Shown: positions 1 through 7,860, numbered from the stretch's first letter. The stretch is DNA of 10,020 bases from an uncultured Cytophagales bacterium (GCA_964537755.1 CAZIAQ010000002.1:171567-181586), one strand, 5' to 3'. The notes: a model not told the origin generated them from the sequence alone. Program-made: numbers and translations.

Positions 1-4
1 TTTT

Positions 5-1861
5 TTATCGCCGAATCAAAGTTACGGTGTTGCGGATGTTGTAGGTGCGCCCGATCTGATCGGTGGCCCGCAACTGAAAAAAATAAACACCTGCTGGCAA
101 GGCTTCTCCGTTGTTGCGGGTGCCATCCCAGCGCGTTTCTAGGTTGTCGCTGTAAAAAATGGGATTGCCGAGGGCATTAAAGATGCGTAGTTCGTAGGTC
201 TCGATGAAGCGTCCTACGCCGCCGAAGGTGTCGTTGAGTCCGTCGCCGTTGGGCGTAAAGGCATCGGCGATGAGCATCCTGGAGGGCAGACGCACCAACA
301 AGCTGTTGGAGGCATACGCAAAGCCGGTTTGGCTGCCCACGGCCACGACTTGAAAGCGCAACACCTGCCGGCTCTGATCGGCGATCTGCTCACCAAAGCG
401 AAAACTACTCACCGGAATCGAATCAAGTACATTTCTCTCTTCGTCCAACTTGAGCAGGTAGTAGGTCAGCGGTTCAAAAGACCCCTGATAGGCAGACCAC
501 CGAAGATCAAAACGCAGCGAATCCGTCGTTACCTGCAAGCGGATCGGACATACGGCAGCACTAAAAGTGGACTGGTTGCCACAAAAATCCTGATAGCCTA
601 CCTGATAGCAAAAGACTTGTGCGTTGGGGTTGGCCCCAAAGTCGATGTATGCCGCTTTGTCGTTGCCGGTGAGGGTGTCGATACCGACGGAATCGCGGCG
701 GGTGAAGCGCATCCGGTTAAAGAGTGAATCGAGGAGGCTACCCCAGGTAAGTTCGATTTGGTTGGCGCGATTGACCGTTACGCGGAGGGAGTCCGGTGGG
801 CGTAGGCTGCGGGTGAGTTGGGCATCGGCACAGACCTCCTGCGAAACCGACTGCCGTCCGCCGGTGAGCGTGGCCGTGATGCGATAACAGTATCGCCTGC
901 GGCAACGCACGTCGCCATCCACGGCGGTTGTGGTGCGGGGGTCGCGGAGCGTGATGAAGTCATTGCCGTCTTTGGTGATTTGGTAACCCTCAAACTGGGT
1001 GCTATCCAGGGGCTGGGCCGTCCATTGGAGACCGAGGTTGCCGTTCCCGACGGTGAGGCGGGCGTAGGTGGTACGTATGGGCTGATCGCTGGTACGGCCA
1101 CCGGTGCAAAGGTTGGTTTGACTGATGCGGTAGCTGTAGCTGCGGTTGGGGAGGTCTAGTCCATCCAGGATCAGGGTCTCTGTTCCGATGGGGAGGTCTT
1201 GCAGGACAACAAAAGCCCCGTTGTCGGTTTGTTGCTCGAGTTGGTAGTCTGCTACGGCTGGGGTTTGGGAGAGGGTCAGTTGTAGGCGTTGGTCATCCAG
1301 GACTTCGAGGCGGTCGATGGTGATGGTGGCTGGGTTGGGTTGCGGGGCAAAAACGGTATCGGTGGAGGGGCAGTTGGGGAGCGTACCCTGTACTCGGATG
1401 TTGCGTAGCTGGGTATCGGGATAGTAGTGGATGAGGGTATCGGTGGCGTTGAGGGTGGCTCGGTTGCCATCGCCGAGGTCGATGGTGTAGGTATCTCGGG
1501 TGGTGTCGGTCAGGATCAAGAGCAGCCCCTGGTCTGGGCAAGGCAGCAGATCAAAGGCAATCGGTTGAGGTTCCCTGACGACGATGAGGTTTTCTTTGCG
1601 TAGCGAATCCCCGCCCGCCCCCGAACCTACGTACTGCGTGATGGGGTATGTGCCGGCCTGGGTGTAAGTAAATGTCGTTTGGGTAACCTTGTTGCCGTTG
1701 CCGTAGTCGTAGAGGATATTGCCCGCCGCTGCCCCCGAGCAATCAATGACTTGCACCGTCAAAGGAGCGCATCCAGTCGTGATATTGACATCAAAACAAG
1801 CCTCCTGACCCATCAAGGGGTAAGCAATAATCAGACTAAGCCAAAAAAGTATCCGCATCAA
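5..1861 (-). CDS. Secreted cell-surface protein with a T9SS type-B (gliding-motility-associated) C-terminal sorting domain and an N-terminal PKD-like domain
   Basis: 618 aa ORF. The N-terminus MMRILFWLSLIIAYPLMGQ looks like a signal peptide. The following stretch GCAPLTVQV...YDYGNGN...AGTYPITQYV fits a PKD-like fold. The C-terminus ...LIADAFTPNGDGLNDTF...RIFNALGNPIFYSDN...WDGTRNNGEALPAGVYFFQL matches the TIGR04131-type T9SS type-B C-terminal domain consensus. The stop is TAA at 5-7 on the minus strand. Confidence 0.8.
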   Translation of the reverse strand: MMRILFWLSLIIAYPLMGQEACFDVNITTGCAPLTVQVIDCSGAAAGNILYDYGNGNKVTQTTFTYTQAGTYPITQYVGSGAGGDSLRKENLIVVREPQPIAFDLLPCPDQGLLLILTDTTRDTYTIDLGDGNRATLNATDTLIHYYPDTQLRNIRVQGTLPNCPSTDTVFAPQPNPATITIDRLEVLDDQRLQLTLSQTPAVADYQLEQQTDNGAFVVLQDLPIGTETLILDGLDLPNRSYSYRISQTNLCTGGRTSDQPIRTTYARLTVGNGNLGLQWTAQPLDSTQFEGYQITKDGNDFITLRDPRTTTAVDGDVRCRRRYCYRITATLTGGRQSVSQEVCADAQLTRSLRPPDSLRVTVNRANQIELTWGSLLDSLFNRMRFTRRDSVGIDTLTGNDKAAYIDFGANPNAQVFCYQVGYQDFCGNQSTFSAAVCPIRLQVTTDSLRFDLRWSAYQGSFEPLTYYLLKLDEERNVLDSIPVSSFRFGEQIADQSRQVLRFQVVAVGSQTGFAYASNSLLVRLPSRMLIADAFTPNGDGLNDTFGGVGRFIETYELRIFNALGNPIFYSDNLETRWDGTRNNGEALPAGVYFFQLRATDQIGRTYNIRNTVTLIRR

Positions 1862-1868
1862 GGAGCCA

Positions 1869-2510
1869 TTAAAACAAAAACGCCATCACGAAATACAAAA
1901 ACAGTACCACCCAAAGCCCATCCATGAAGTGCCAGTAGAGCGTCATCAAGGTTAGCTTCATTTTTTCGTGAGGGTTGGTTACGGCAATCAACACTTTTAC
2001 CGGATCGTGGCACTTTTGATGGATGCTATATGCCTGCACCCCCACAAAAGCCAAGCCTCCCAGGAGGTGCAAGACGTGTAGCCCCGAGACCAAATAGAGA
2101 TACGTTGTAGAGTTTTGGCTTGCCCAAGCCAGCCCAGCGGCCTGCAACTCATACCAACCCACCACTTGACAAACCGAAAAACCAATACCCAAGCCCAAAG
2201 TAATCAGGAGATAACGCCGCATCTGCAAAAAATCATCTTCATAAAACGACAACTTCGCTTGATGAATCGTTAGGCTGCTCATCAGGAGCAAACACGTGCT
2301 GATGACAAAGCCCGTCGGAAAGCGAAACCGCGCCAAGACCTCCTCCTGAATTTCATAAAAACGAAATGAAAATAACAAAAACAAAAACATGGCTGAAATG
2401 CCAATCATGCCCACGTAGAGCATCACCACATAGGGATGTTGTTTTTCGATGTGTTGGAGGGCATTGAGCGGCCGACGACGCACAGGCTGGGTATCTTTTT
2501 TGGCGGACAT
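1869..2510 (-). CDS. Heme-copper oxidase subunit III family membrane protein (cytochrome c oxidase subunit III / NorE-like)
   Basis: 213 aa, polytopic and hydrophobic. The C-terminal motif LYWHFMDGLWVVLFLYF matches the conserved YWHFVDVVWLFLF signature of cox subunit III. No subunit I or II gene is adjacent in the window. Confidence 0.65.
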   Translation of the reverse strand: MSAKKDTQPVRRRPLNALQHIEKQHPYVVMLYVGMIGISAMFLFLLFSFRFYEIQEEVLARFRFPTGFVISTCLLLMSSLTIHQAKLSFYEDDFLQMRRYLLITLGLGIGFSVCQVVGWYELQAAGLAWASQNSTTYLYLVSGLHVLHLLGGLAFVGVQAYSIHQKCHDPVKVLIAVTNPHEKMKLTLMTLYWHFMDGLWVVLFLYFVMAFLF

Positions 2511-2672
2511 AAACGCAAAGGGCTAGGCGGTGAATACAATGGATTACGGTCAAGGGATTGGGAAAGATACAAAAAATACGGCAGTCAAAAAACTTTTTCG
2601 GGTTTTATATCTTTTTTCTAATCCATTATTTGCCTTGATCCGTTACCATTATGAATCATCTGTATAAAGACA

Positions 2673-3347
2673 ATGTTAGATTATCTCTTCTATAAGTTCA
2701 AGGAAAAAATGGGCATGGATACCGATAACGAGCGGGCAGAGCGTATCGTGGAGCGATCGGTAGGTTGGTCGTTGGGGGCCGGCTTGATTCCGATCCCACT
2801 GGCCGATATGGTAGCCGTTACGGCGATCCAAATAGATATGGTACATGAGTTGTGTAAAATCTATGGCGTTGATTTTCGTCGTCGCAACCTAGAATCCTGG
2901 CTCAATACACTGGCTGGCAGTGCGTTGCCTAAGTTGGGATCACAGGCAATCAAGATGATTCCGGGCGTGGGTGCGGTCGTGGGCGGGGTCAGTATGGCGA
3001 TCCTTTCGGGGGCTTCTACCTACGCGACGGGGCGTGTTTTTGTAACGCATTTTGAGAAAGGCGGCACTTTGGAGGACTTCGATGCCGAAGCCGTCAAGAG
3101 CTTTTATCAGCAGGAGTTTGAGAAGGGCAAGCAGTTTGCCCGACAGATGCAGGACGAGTTTGTCAAGCGGGGCAAGGCTGCCCAGGATGAGTTTTCTGAG
3201 GCCGACGAAGTAGAGGTAGAAGTACAACCCACCGCCGCCAAAGACCCCCTGGATCGCCTCAACGAACTGATGGAACTCCGCCAGGCAGGGACAATCTCCG
3301 AAGAAGAATTTCAGCAGCTCAAACGCCGCCTCTTTGAAAATTTGTAA
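2673..3347 (+). CDS. DUF697-domain (YcjF-like) membrane protein with a C-terminal SHOCT domain
   Basis: The stretch LGAGLIPIPLADMVAVTAIQIDMVHELCKIYG matches the DUF697 core (IPIPGAD...YG). An acidic linker follows. The C-terminus LNELMELRQAGTISEEEFQQLKRRL fits the SHOCT short C-terminal domain. The true start may instead be the in-frame ATG at 2710 or 2716. Confidence 0.55.
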   Translation: MLDYLFYKFKEKMGMDTDNERAERIVERSVGWSLGAGLIPIPLADMVAVTAIQIDMVHELCKIYGVDFRRRNLESWLNTLAGSALPKLGSQAIKMIPGVGAVVGGVSMAILSGASTYATGRVFVTHFEKGGTLEDFDAEAVKSFYQQEFEKGKQFARQMQDEFVKRGKAAQDEFSEADEVEVEVQPTAAKDPLDRLNELMELRQAGTISEEEFQQLKRRLFENL

Positions 3348-3357
3348 TTTTGCTTTC

Positions 3358-4014
3358 ATGACGCATTCCACCATCCGAGCAGATAACCTTGACTTTTACC
3401 GCAAAATGGAACTCCAAAAGTTCCATGAACTGGCACAACTGACGGGCTTTGATACCCTCCCTGACCTGCAAGTGATCTTCCCTGATTTGGTGGACACCCA
3501 AAGCATCGCCGAGCTAGGGGCAGGCTATGGGCGTTGTGTCCTGGGGCTGCTCGAGATGGGCTACGCCGGAGAAATATTTGCCGTCGATCGTATCCCCCAT
3601 CTATTGCAACTGATCGAAGAACAAACTACTCACCCCCCCGTAAGCCCGATCCAACAAGACATCCGAGACCTACAACTGCCCACAGCGGTCGATGCTGTCT
3701 TGTGGCTCTGGTCAGGCATACTCGAACAAACTCCCGAGGATCAAATGCTTTGCCTCCATCGCATCTACTCCCAACTCCACCCACAAGGCAAGGCATACAT
3801 CGACGCACCCCGCGATCAAATCAAATACGTCGGCAAAAAGATAGACCGAAAATACATCCGCGTCGAAACCGAGTGGGGAACCCTGGAGGGCTATATGCCC
3901 TATCCCGAAGATATGGCTCGGATGTCTGAGGCGGCCGGCTTCTCCTCCCTCGAGCAACGCCCTTATAGCTCTGCTACGGGACTCGAGCGGGAGATGTACA
4001 TCCTGACCAAGTGA
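3358..4014 (+). CDS. Class I SAM-dependent methyltransferase
   Basis: Motif I ELGAGYGRCVLGLLEMGY is a GxGxG SAM-binding loop, followed by AVDRI and AVDAVLWLWSGILE (motif II/III-like). I prefer the ATG at 3358 over the TTG at 3334 used by the ORF track. The gene starts 10 bp after the upstream stop. Confidence 0.6.
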   Translation: MTHSTIRADNLDFYRKMELQKFHELAQLTGFDTLPDLQVIFPDLVDTQSIAELGAGYGRCVLGLLEMGYAGEIFAVDRIPHLLQLIEEQTTHPPVSPIQQDIRDLQLPTAVDAVLWLWSGILEQTPEDQMLCLHRIYSQLHPQGKAYIDAPRDQIKYVGKKIDRKYIRVETEWGTLEGYMPYPEDMARMSEAAGFSSLEQRPYSSATGLEREMYILTK

Positions 4015-5165
4015 AAACATCGCCCCCTATGCGCCCCTTGCTTCGCTTGCTTTTGCATCCCCTGCTCTTCCTCCTGACCTTCATTGCTACGACATTTGCG
4101 GGGGCAGAGTGGATATGGGGGCGGCCTTTTTTTTGGGTTTCACCTGCCCTGACGTGGGCGCACTTTTGGGATGGGCTACATTACTCGATCCCTTTTTTGG
4201 GCATCCTGACCGTACATGAGTTTGGGCATTACTTTGTGGCGCAATACCACCGGCTGCGGGTCAGCTTGCCGTACTACATTCCGCTTTGGTTGGGCTTTTT
4301 ACCACTTTTTGCGGGTGCGCCTTCCATCGGGACAATGGGCGCGTTTATCCGTATCAGGAGCCGGATATGGTCTCGGAAGGTGTATTTTGATGTCGGGATT
4401 GCGGGGCCACTAGCGGGCTTTGTGGTAGCATTGGGTGTGTTGTGGTACGGATTTACTTTTTTGCCGCCCGCCGAGCATATCTTCGAGATTCATCCCGAGT
4501 ATGCCCAGTATGGTCTGGCTTATGCCGATCACGTGTATCAGGATGCCCCCGAGGGTGGCGTTCGGCTGGGCACAAATCTGCTTTTTGAGGCGTTCAAATA
4601 TTGGGTCGCAGATCCGGCATTGCTCCCCAATGATTTCGAGATCATGCACTACCCGTATTTGCTGGCCGGTTATCTGGCTTTGTTTTTTACGGCCCTCAAC
4701 CTACTACCCATCGGCCAACTCGACGGCGGGCATGTCCTTTACGGGCTGGTGGGCTACCGCTGGCATCAGCGTATTGCACGGCTGTTTTTCTTTGTCTTTT
4801 TGGGCTATGCGGGATTGGGGCTGTTTTCGGTATCCGATGTATGGGAATCTCCGACGGGCTTTATCTTGTATGTGGGCTATCTGTACTGGGTATGGGCGCG
4901 TGAGTTTCGGCACTGGCAGGCGGCTTTGGTGGTGGCTCTGGTGCTGGTTTTGTGCCAATGGGGTATTGCGGCTTTGTTTCCAGGCATTGAGGGCTACCAT
5001 GCCTGGCTGTTGTTTGGTTTTTTGCTGGGGCGTGTGGTGGGTATCTCTCATCCGGGGGCAGAGGAGTCTGTTCCGCTTAGCCCGATCAGGAAGGCGTTGG
5101 GTGTGCTGGCTCTGGTAGTCTTTGTGCTTTGCTTTACGCCCCAGCCGCTGCTCATGGTGGAATAA
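4011..5165 (+). CDS. M50 family (site-2 protease-like) integral membrane zinc metalloprotease
   Basis: It has the HExxH zinc motif in TVHEFGHYFVAQYH and the LDGG motif in NLLPIGQLDGGHVLYGL, plus multiple TM helices. A GTG start at 4011 overlaps the upstream TGA (GTGA), which suggests translational coupling. An alternative in-frame ATG lies at 4029. Confidence 0.8.
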   Translation: MKTSPPMRPLLRLLLHPLLFLLTFIATTFAGAEWIWGRPFFWVSPALTWAHFWDGLHYSIPFLGILTVHEFGHYFVAQYHRLRVSLPYYIPLWLGFLPLFAGAPSIGTMGAFIRIRSRIWSRKVYFDVGIAGPLAGFVVALGVLWYGFTFLPPAEHIFEIHPEYAQYGLAYADHVYQDAPEGGVRLGTNLLFEAFKYWVADPALLPNDFEIMHYPYLLAGYLALFFTALNLLPIGQLDGGHVLYGLVGYRWHQRIARLFFFVFLGYAGLGLFSVSDVWESPTGFILYVGYLYWVWAREFRHWQAALVVALVLVLCQWGIAALFPGIEGYHAWLLFGFLLGRVVGISHPGAEESVPLSPIRKALGVLALVVFVLCFTPQPLLMVE

Positions 5166-5170
5166 CCAAA

Positions 5171-5220
5171 CCGCCAAAGCGGCCTACAGACTGTCTTTGG
5201 GGTAAGTCATATTTTTTTTG
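5171..5220 (+). terminator. Possible structured 3' region or weak terminator after the M50 gene
   Basis: CCGCcaaaGCGG is a short stem-loop at 5171-5182. CCAAAG (5174-5179) and CTTTGG (5195-5200) form an outer inverted repeat. It encloses the ACAGaCTGT palindrome (5186-5194), and a T8 run follows at 5212-5219. The geometry is not that of a canonical intrinsic terminator. Confidence 0.2.
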
Positions 5221-5256
5221 TACTTTCGCTTAAACCATTTCTGAAACAATCATGCC

Positions 5257-5469
5257 ATGCAAACAAACGTAGGAAAAATAGACCGACTGATCCGCTACGC
5301 CGTAGCCCTTATCTTGGTGGTCTTGTACGCCAGTGGAGTCGTTGCCGGAACCCTAGGCTGGGTTGTCTTGGTTGGGGGCATTGCCCTGGCCGCCACGGCG
5401 ACGGTTCGCTTTTGTGGGCTATACACCCTGATTGGGGTCAATACCTGCCCGCTCAAAGATCGCCCTTGA
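5257..5469 (+). CDS. DUF2892 (YgaP-like) small inner-membrane protein
   Basis: 70 aa. KIDRLIRYAVALILVV...GWVVLVGGIALAATATVRFCGLYTLIGVNTCP matches the DUF2892 pattern of two TM helices with a conserved C-terminal CPLY..G..TC. Confidence 0.55.
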   Translation: MQTNVGKIDRLIRYAVALILVVLYASGVVAGTLGWVVLVGGIALAATATVRFCGLYTLIGVNTCPLKDRP

Positions 5470-5827
5470 GTTGTTGGAGTTCTTCTTTGAGGCGTATGAT
5501 CTCCTGGCGGCAGTGAATCTCCTGACGTAGGTACGCGATCTGTAAGGCTTCGTAGTGCTGGCGCAAGGTTTCGCGTTCGGAAGCGGCAGGTGTATCATCT
5601 ATGGGGGCATCGGCTTTGTAGTCCCAGAATAAGAGATGGTCGATGCTCACCTGAAAGTATCCCGCCAAACGAATCAAGATGGGCAGGGGCGGTAGGCTTC
5701 TTTGGCTCTCATAAGCCGTGATGGTGTTGCGCTTGAGGTCGAGTATCTGGGCCAGCTGATCCTGGGTTAGGTCGTGTTCCTGGCGCAGCCAACGCAGGTT
5801 ATCTGCCAAATGCAAGGTGCTTTCCAT
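5453..5827 (-). CDS. XRE-family helix-turn-helix transcriptional regulator with a C-terminal coiled coil
   Basis: LRWLRQEHDLTQDQLAQILDLKRNTITAYESQRSLPPLPILIRLAGYFQVSIDHLLF is a Cro/C1-type HTH. The C-terminal heptad-rich stretch LRQHYEALQIAYLRQEI...IIRLKEELQQLKGDL looks like a coiled coil. It starts 5 bp downstream of the SIR2-like gene, so the two are a likely operon. Confidence 0.7.
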   Translation of the reverse strand: MESTLHLADNLRWLRQEHDLTQDQLAQILDLKRNTITAYESQRSLPPLPILIRLAGYFQVSIDHLLFWDYKADAPIDDTPAASERETLRQHYEALQIAYLRQEIHCRQEIIRLKEELQQLKGDL

Positions 5828-5832
5828 GGTGG

Positions 5833-6939
5833 CTATAGCTGCTGTTCTTCAAGTATTTCCTGGAGGGCTTCCCCGAGGCTAAGGACATCTTGTTTGATGC
5901 GGTTGAGTTGGCGTTCGGATTCGTCCTCGTCGATGACCCCATTGGTGATCTTTCGCTGGAGGCGGTTGTAGCGGCTCATCAGCAGGGTGAGCGTCGTGAG
6001 GAGTTCCTCCTCCTGGGGCAGGGGAGCTAGGTAGCTTTCGATTTTGAGCAAAGCCGCCTTCACTTCGTCTTTTCGGATGTATCCCTGGATGATTTCCCAG
6101 GGCGTTTGTACGGTATCGCTCGTCGAGAGTGGGCGGAGCATCCCGCGTTCCTGACAGCGGTCGTAGAGGGTCTGAACAAAATCATCCATGCTTAGGTCAA
6201 TGAAATCAATCCGAAAGTGATCCATACAAAAGTTGAGCGTCTCGACCGAATCCTGGCTATAAGAAGCGTAGCGCAAGAAGTTTCCCGTATGCAAACTCAA
6301 CAAACGCAAGAGCAACTTAACGTACCATTTATCGAACTTAAAGCCCAAAAAAATAAAGTTTTTGGCACTTTGGAGTTGGCTCTCCAGCCCGCGTGGTAGC
6401 TTCCGATCCCCCAGGATGGCGAACAAAAACTCGAAGAGGTCTTCGTGGGTAAAGATCAGCGATTCATCATCCTCAATAGCACCAAAGAGATTGTAGATCA
6501 GGGGATAATCTTGCGTAGGACGTTCGATCGCTTGGGGGTTCTCGTACTTGCGGTAGTAGTCGAAGCGATGGGGCAAGTTGTACTGCTCAAAAGACTGACG
6601 CAGCATCAAGTCCGGCGAAACAGAGATACACAGATGGAAAGGAATTTGGAGAATTTGCTCAAAAAGCGGCGAGGGACTATGCCGAGCATAAAACTGCTGA
6701 ATATCAAAAACGGCCCTCGTTTTGGCCAAAGGGTCGCGAAAGAAAAAAAACTCATCGTCGTTGTAATAACGTACCTTTGCCTGGTTGCTTAGGTCGAGGC
6801 TTTCCAGGAGCGACTGATAAAGCGATAAGCCCTCGGCATTACGCGCCACCTCAGGGCCTAGCATCAACACACAACGCTCGGTACGGATCGTTTCTACAAT
6901 AAAATCCCAGTTTACTTGATCGGGTGGCTTAACGGGCAT
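5833..6939 (-). CDS. Divergent SIR2-like (SIR2_2 / DHS-like NAD-binding Rossmann fold) protein with a C-terminal alpha-helical extension
   Basis: 368 aa. By eye the order of elements matches SIR2_2. There is an N-terminal Gly-loop-like CVLMLGPEVARNAEG. PSPLFEQILQIPFHLCISVSPDLMLRQSF sits where SIR2 has iiTTNYDxllE. PLIYNLFGAIEDDESLIFTHEDLFEFL sits where SIR2 has KLHGS...vlTeeDY. NFIFLGFKFDKWYVKLLLRLL sits where SIR2 has lfiGYSlsD. The catalytic Asn and His positions appear to be S/P and F. The C-terminal roughly 90 aa are helical: LTLLMSRYNRLQRKITNGVIDEDESERQLNRIKQDVLSLGEAL. Confidence 0.5.
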   Translation of the reverse strand: MPVKPPDQVNWDFIVETIRTERCVLMLGPEVARNAEGLSLYQSLLESLDLSNQAKVRYYNDDEFFFFRDPLAKTRAVFDIQQFYARHSPSPLFEQILQIPFHLCISVSPDLMLRQSFEQYNLPHRFDYYRKYENPQAIERPTQDYPLIYNLFGAIEDDESLIFTHEDLFEFLFAILGDRKLPRGLESQLQSAKNFIFLGFKFDKWYVKLLLRLLSLHTGNFLRYASYSQDSVETLNFCMDHFRIDFIDLSMDDFVQTLYDRCQERGMLRPLSTSDTVQTPWEIIQGYIRKDEVKAALLKIESYLAPLPQEEELLTTLTLLMSRYNRLQRKITNGVIDEDESERQLNRIKQDVLSLGEALQEILEEQQL

Positions 6940-7002
6940 ACATGATAATTTGAGGCAAGATAGCGAAAAAAAAAATACGAACCATCAAGCAACTTTTTGC
7001 TC

Positions 7003-7019
7003 TACAAAGCCTCTTTGTA
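7003..7019. promoter_or_regulatory. Perfect 7-bp inverted repeat TACAAAG-cct-CTTTGTA in the divergent intergenic region; candidate operator
   Basis: Read directly from the sequence. It sits 28 bp upstream of the DUF4249 start and about 64 bp upstream of the divergent SIR2-like start. An A10 run lies at 6966-6975. Confidence 0.3.
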
Positions 7020-7046
7020 AGAAGAGTAATCAAAACAAGAAAACAG

Positions 7047-7859
7047 ATGCGCATTTATTTTGTATGGATTTTGATGATCGGTACCCTGCTCACCGCTTGC
7101 GAACAAGTGATCGACTTACCCCTCCGCAGCATGGAGGAACCGCTCGTTGTCATACAAGGGCAGGTCGTGGATACGGTGGGCTATTCCTGGGTCATCCTTA
7201 CCCAATCTCTTGATTTCTACAACCCTACGCAAGCCCCCCGCATCTCGGGGGCCCAGGTGAGTATAAGCGACGATACGGGCAACGAAATGATCTTTCGGGA
7301 GGACAGCCCGGGCTTTTACGTCCCCACAGACCCCGCCTTCAAGGGAGAGGTCGGGCGCACGTATAGCCTTTCGGTACAAGTCCAGGAAGAATTTTTTAGG
7401 GCTAGCTCCCAACTCCTACCCGTTACCCAAATCGACTCCCTGACGGTGCGCTATGTAGCCGGCCGGCCGTTCCGAGACGACGGGTATTACCTGTACTTTT
7501 TTGCCAAAGAACCCCCCAACGAAAAGAACTTCTATCGCTGGAGGGTCTATCTCAATGACAGCCTATTTGATGGCTTCGATGATATTTTGCTCGCCGATGA
7601 TCGCTTTGTCCAGGACAACATCGAAAACCTAGAACTTCCCTACGCCTTCGATCTGGGCGATACGGTGGCTTTGGAGCAGTACTCGATCAATGAAGATGTC
7701 TTCGATTATTATAGCGATCTGTTGAGCCTGGCGGGCAACGACGGTGGTTTGTTTTCGCCGCCACCCGTCAATCCACGCACCAACATCAGCAATGGCGGTT
7801 TGGGTATTTTTAGTGCTTCCTCGCTGATACGTGTCGTACAGATCATTGAAGATGAATAA
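7047..7859 (+). CDS. DUF4249-family lipoprotein
   Basis: The signal peptide carries a lipobox (MIGTLLTAC). The C-terminal NISNGGLGIFSASS resembles the DUF4249 C-terminal N..NG.G.FGA motif. The family is typical of Bacteroidota. Confidence 0.55.
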   Translation: MRIYFVWILMIGTLLTACEQVIDLPLRSMEEPLVVIQGQVVDTVGYSWVILTQSLDFYNPTQAPRISGAQVSISDDTGNEMIFREDSPGFYVPTDPAFKGEVGRTYSLSVQVQEEFFRASSQLLPVTQIDSLTVRYVAGRPFRDDGYYLYFFAKEPPNEKNFYRWRVYLNDSLFDGFDDILLADDRFVQDNIENLELPYAFDLGDTVALEQYSINEDVFDYYSDLLSLAGNDGGLFSPPPVNPRTNISNGGLGIFSASSLIRVVQIIEDE

Positions 7860-7860
7860 C

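Noticed and set aside
1276-1541. Pro-rich 64-aa and 82-aa minus-strand ORFs
   Set aside because: They are alternative frames inside the T9SS cargo gene and reflect GC-rich third positions, not real genes.
2511-2672. Possible Bacteroidota-type promoter (-33 TTTG / -7 TAnnTTTG) or small RNA in the 162-bp divergent intergenic region
   Set aside because: I could not find a clean TAnnTTTG match by eye. The region is AT-rich as expected for divergent promoters, but I cannot place specific elements with confidence.
3334-3357. TTG start for the methyltransferase used by the ORF track
   Set aside because: It would overlap the upstream gene, and an ATG sits in frame at 3358, so I preferred the ATG.
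2940-3374. 144-aa minus-strand ORF
   Set aside because: It is antisense to the DUF697-SHOCT gene, whose frame carries clear family motifs. It is probably spurious.
4435-5118. 227-aa plus-strand ORF rich in Cys, Trp and Arg
   Set aside because: It lies entirely inside the M50 protease gene in another frame. Its composition is typical of an off-frame read through GC-rich coding sequence.
4704-5177. 157-aa minus-strand ORF rich in basic residues and Gln
   Set aside because: It is antisense to the M50 protease gene and has no recognisable domain.
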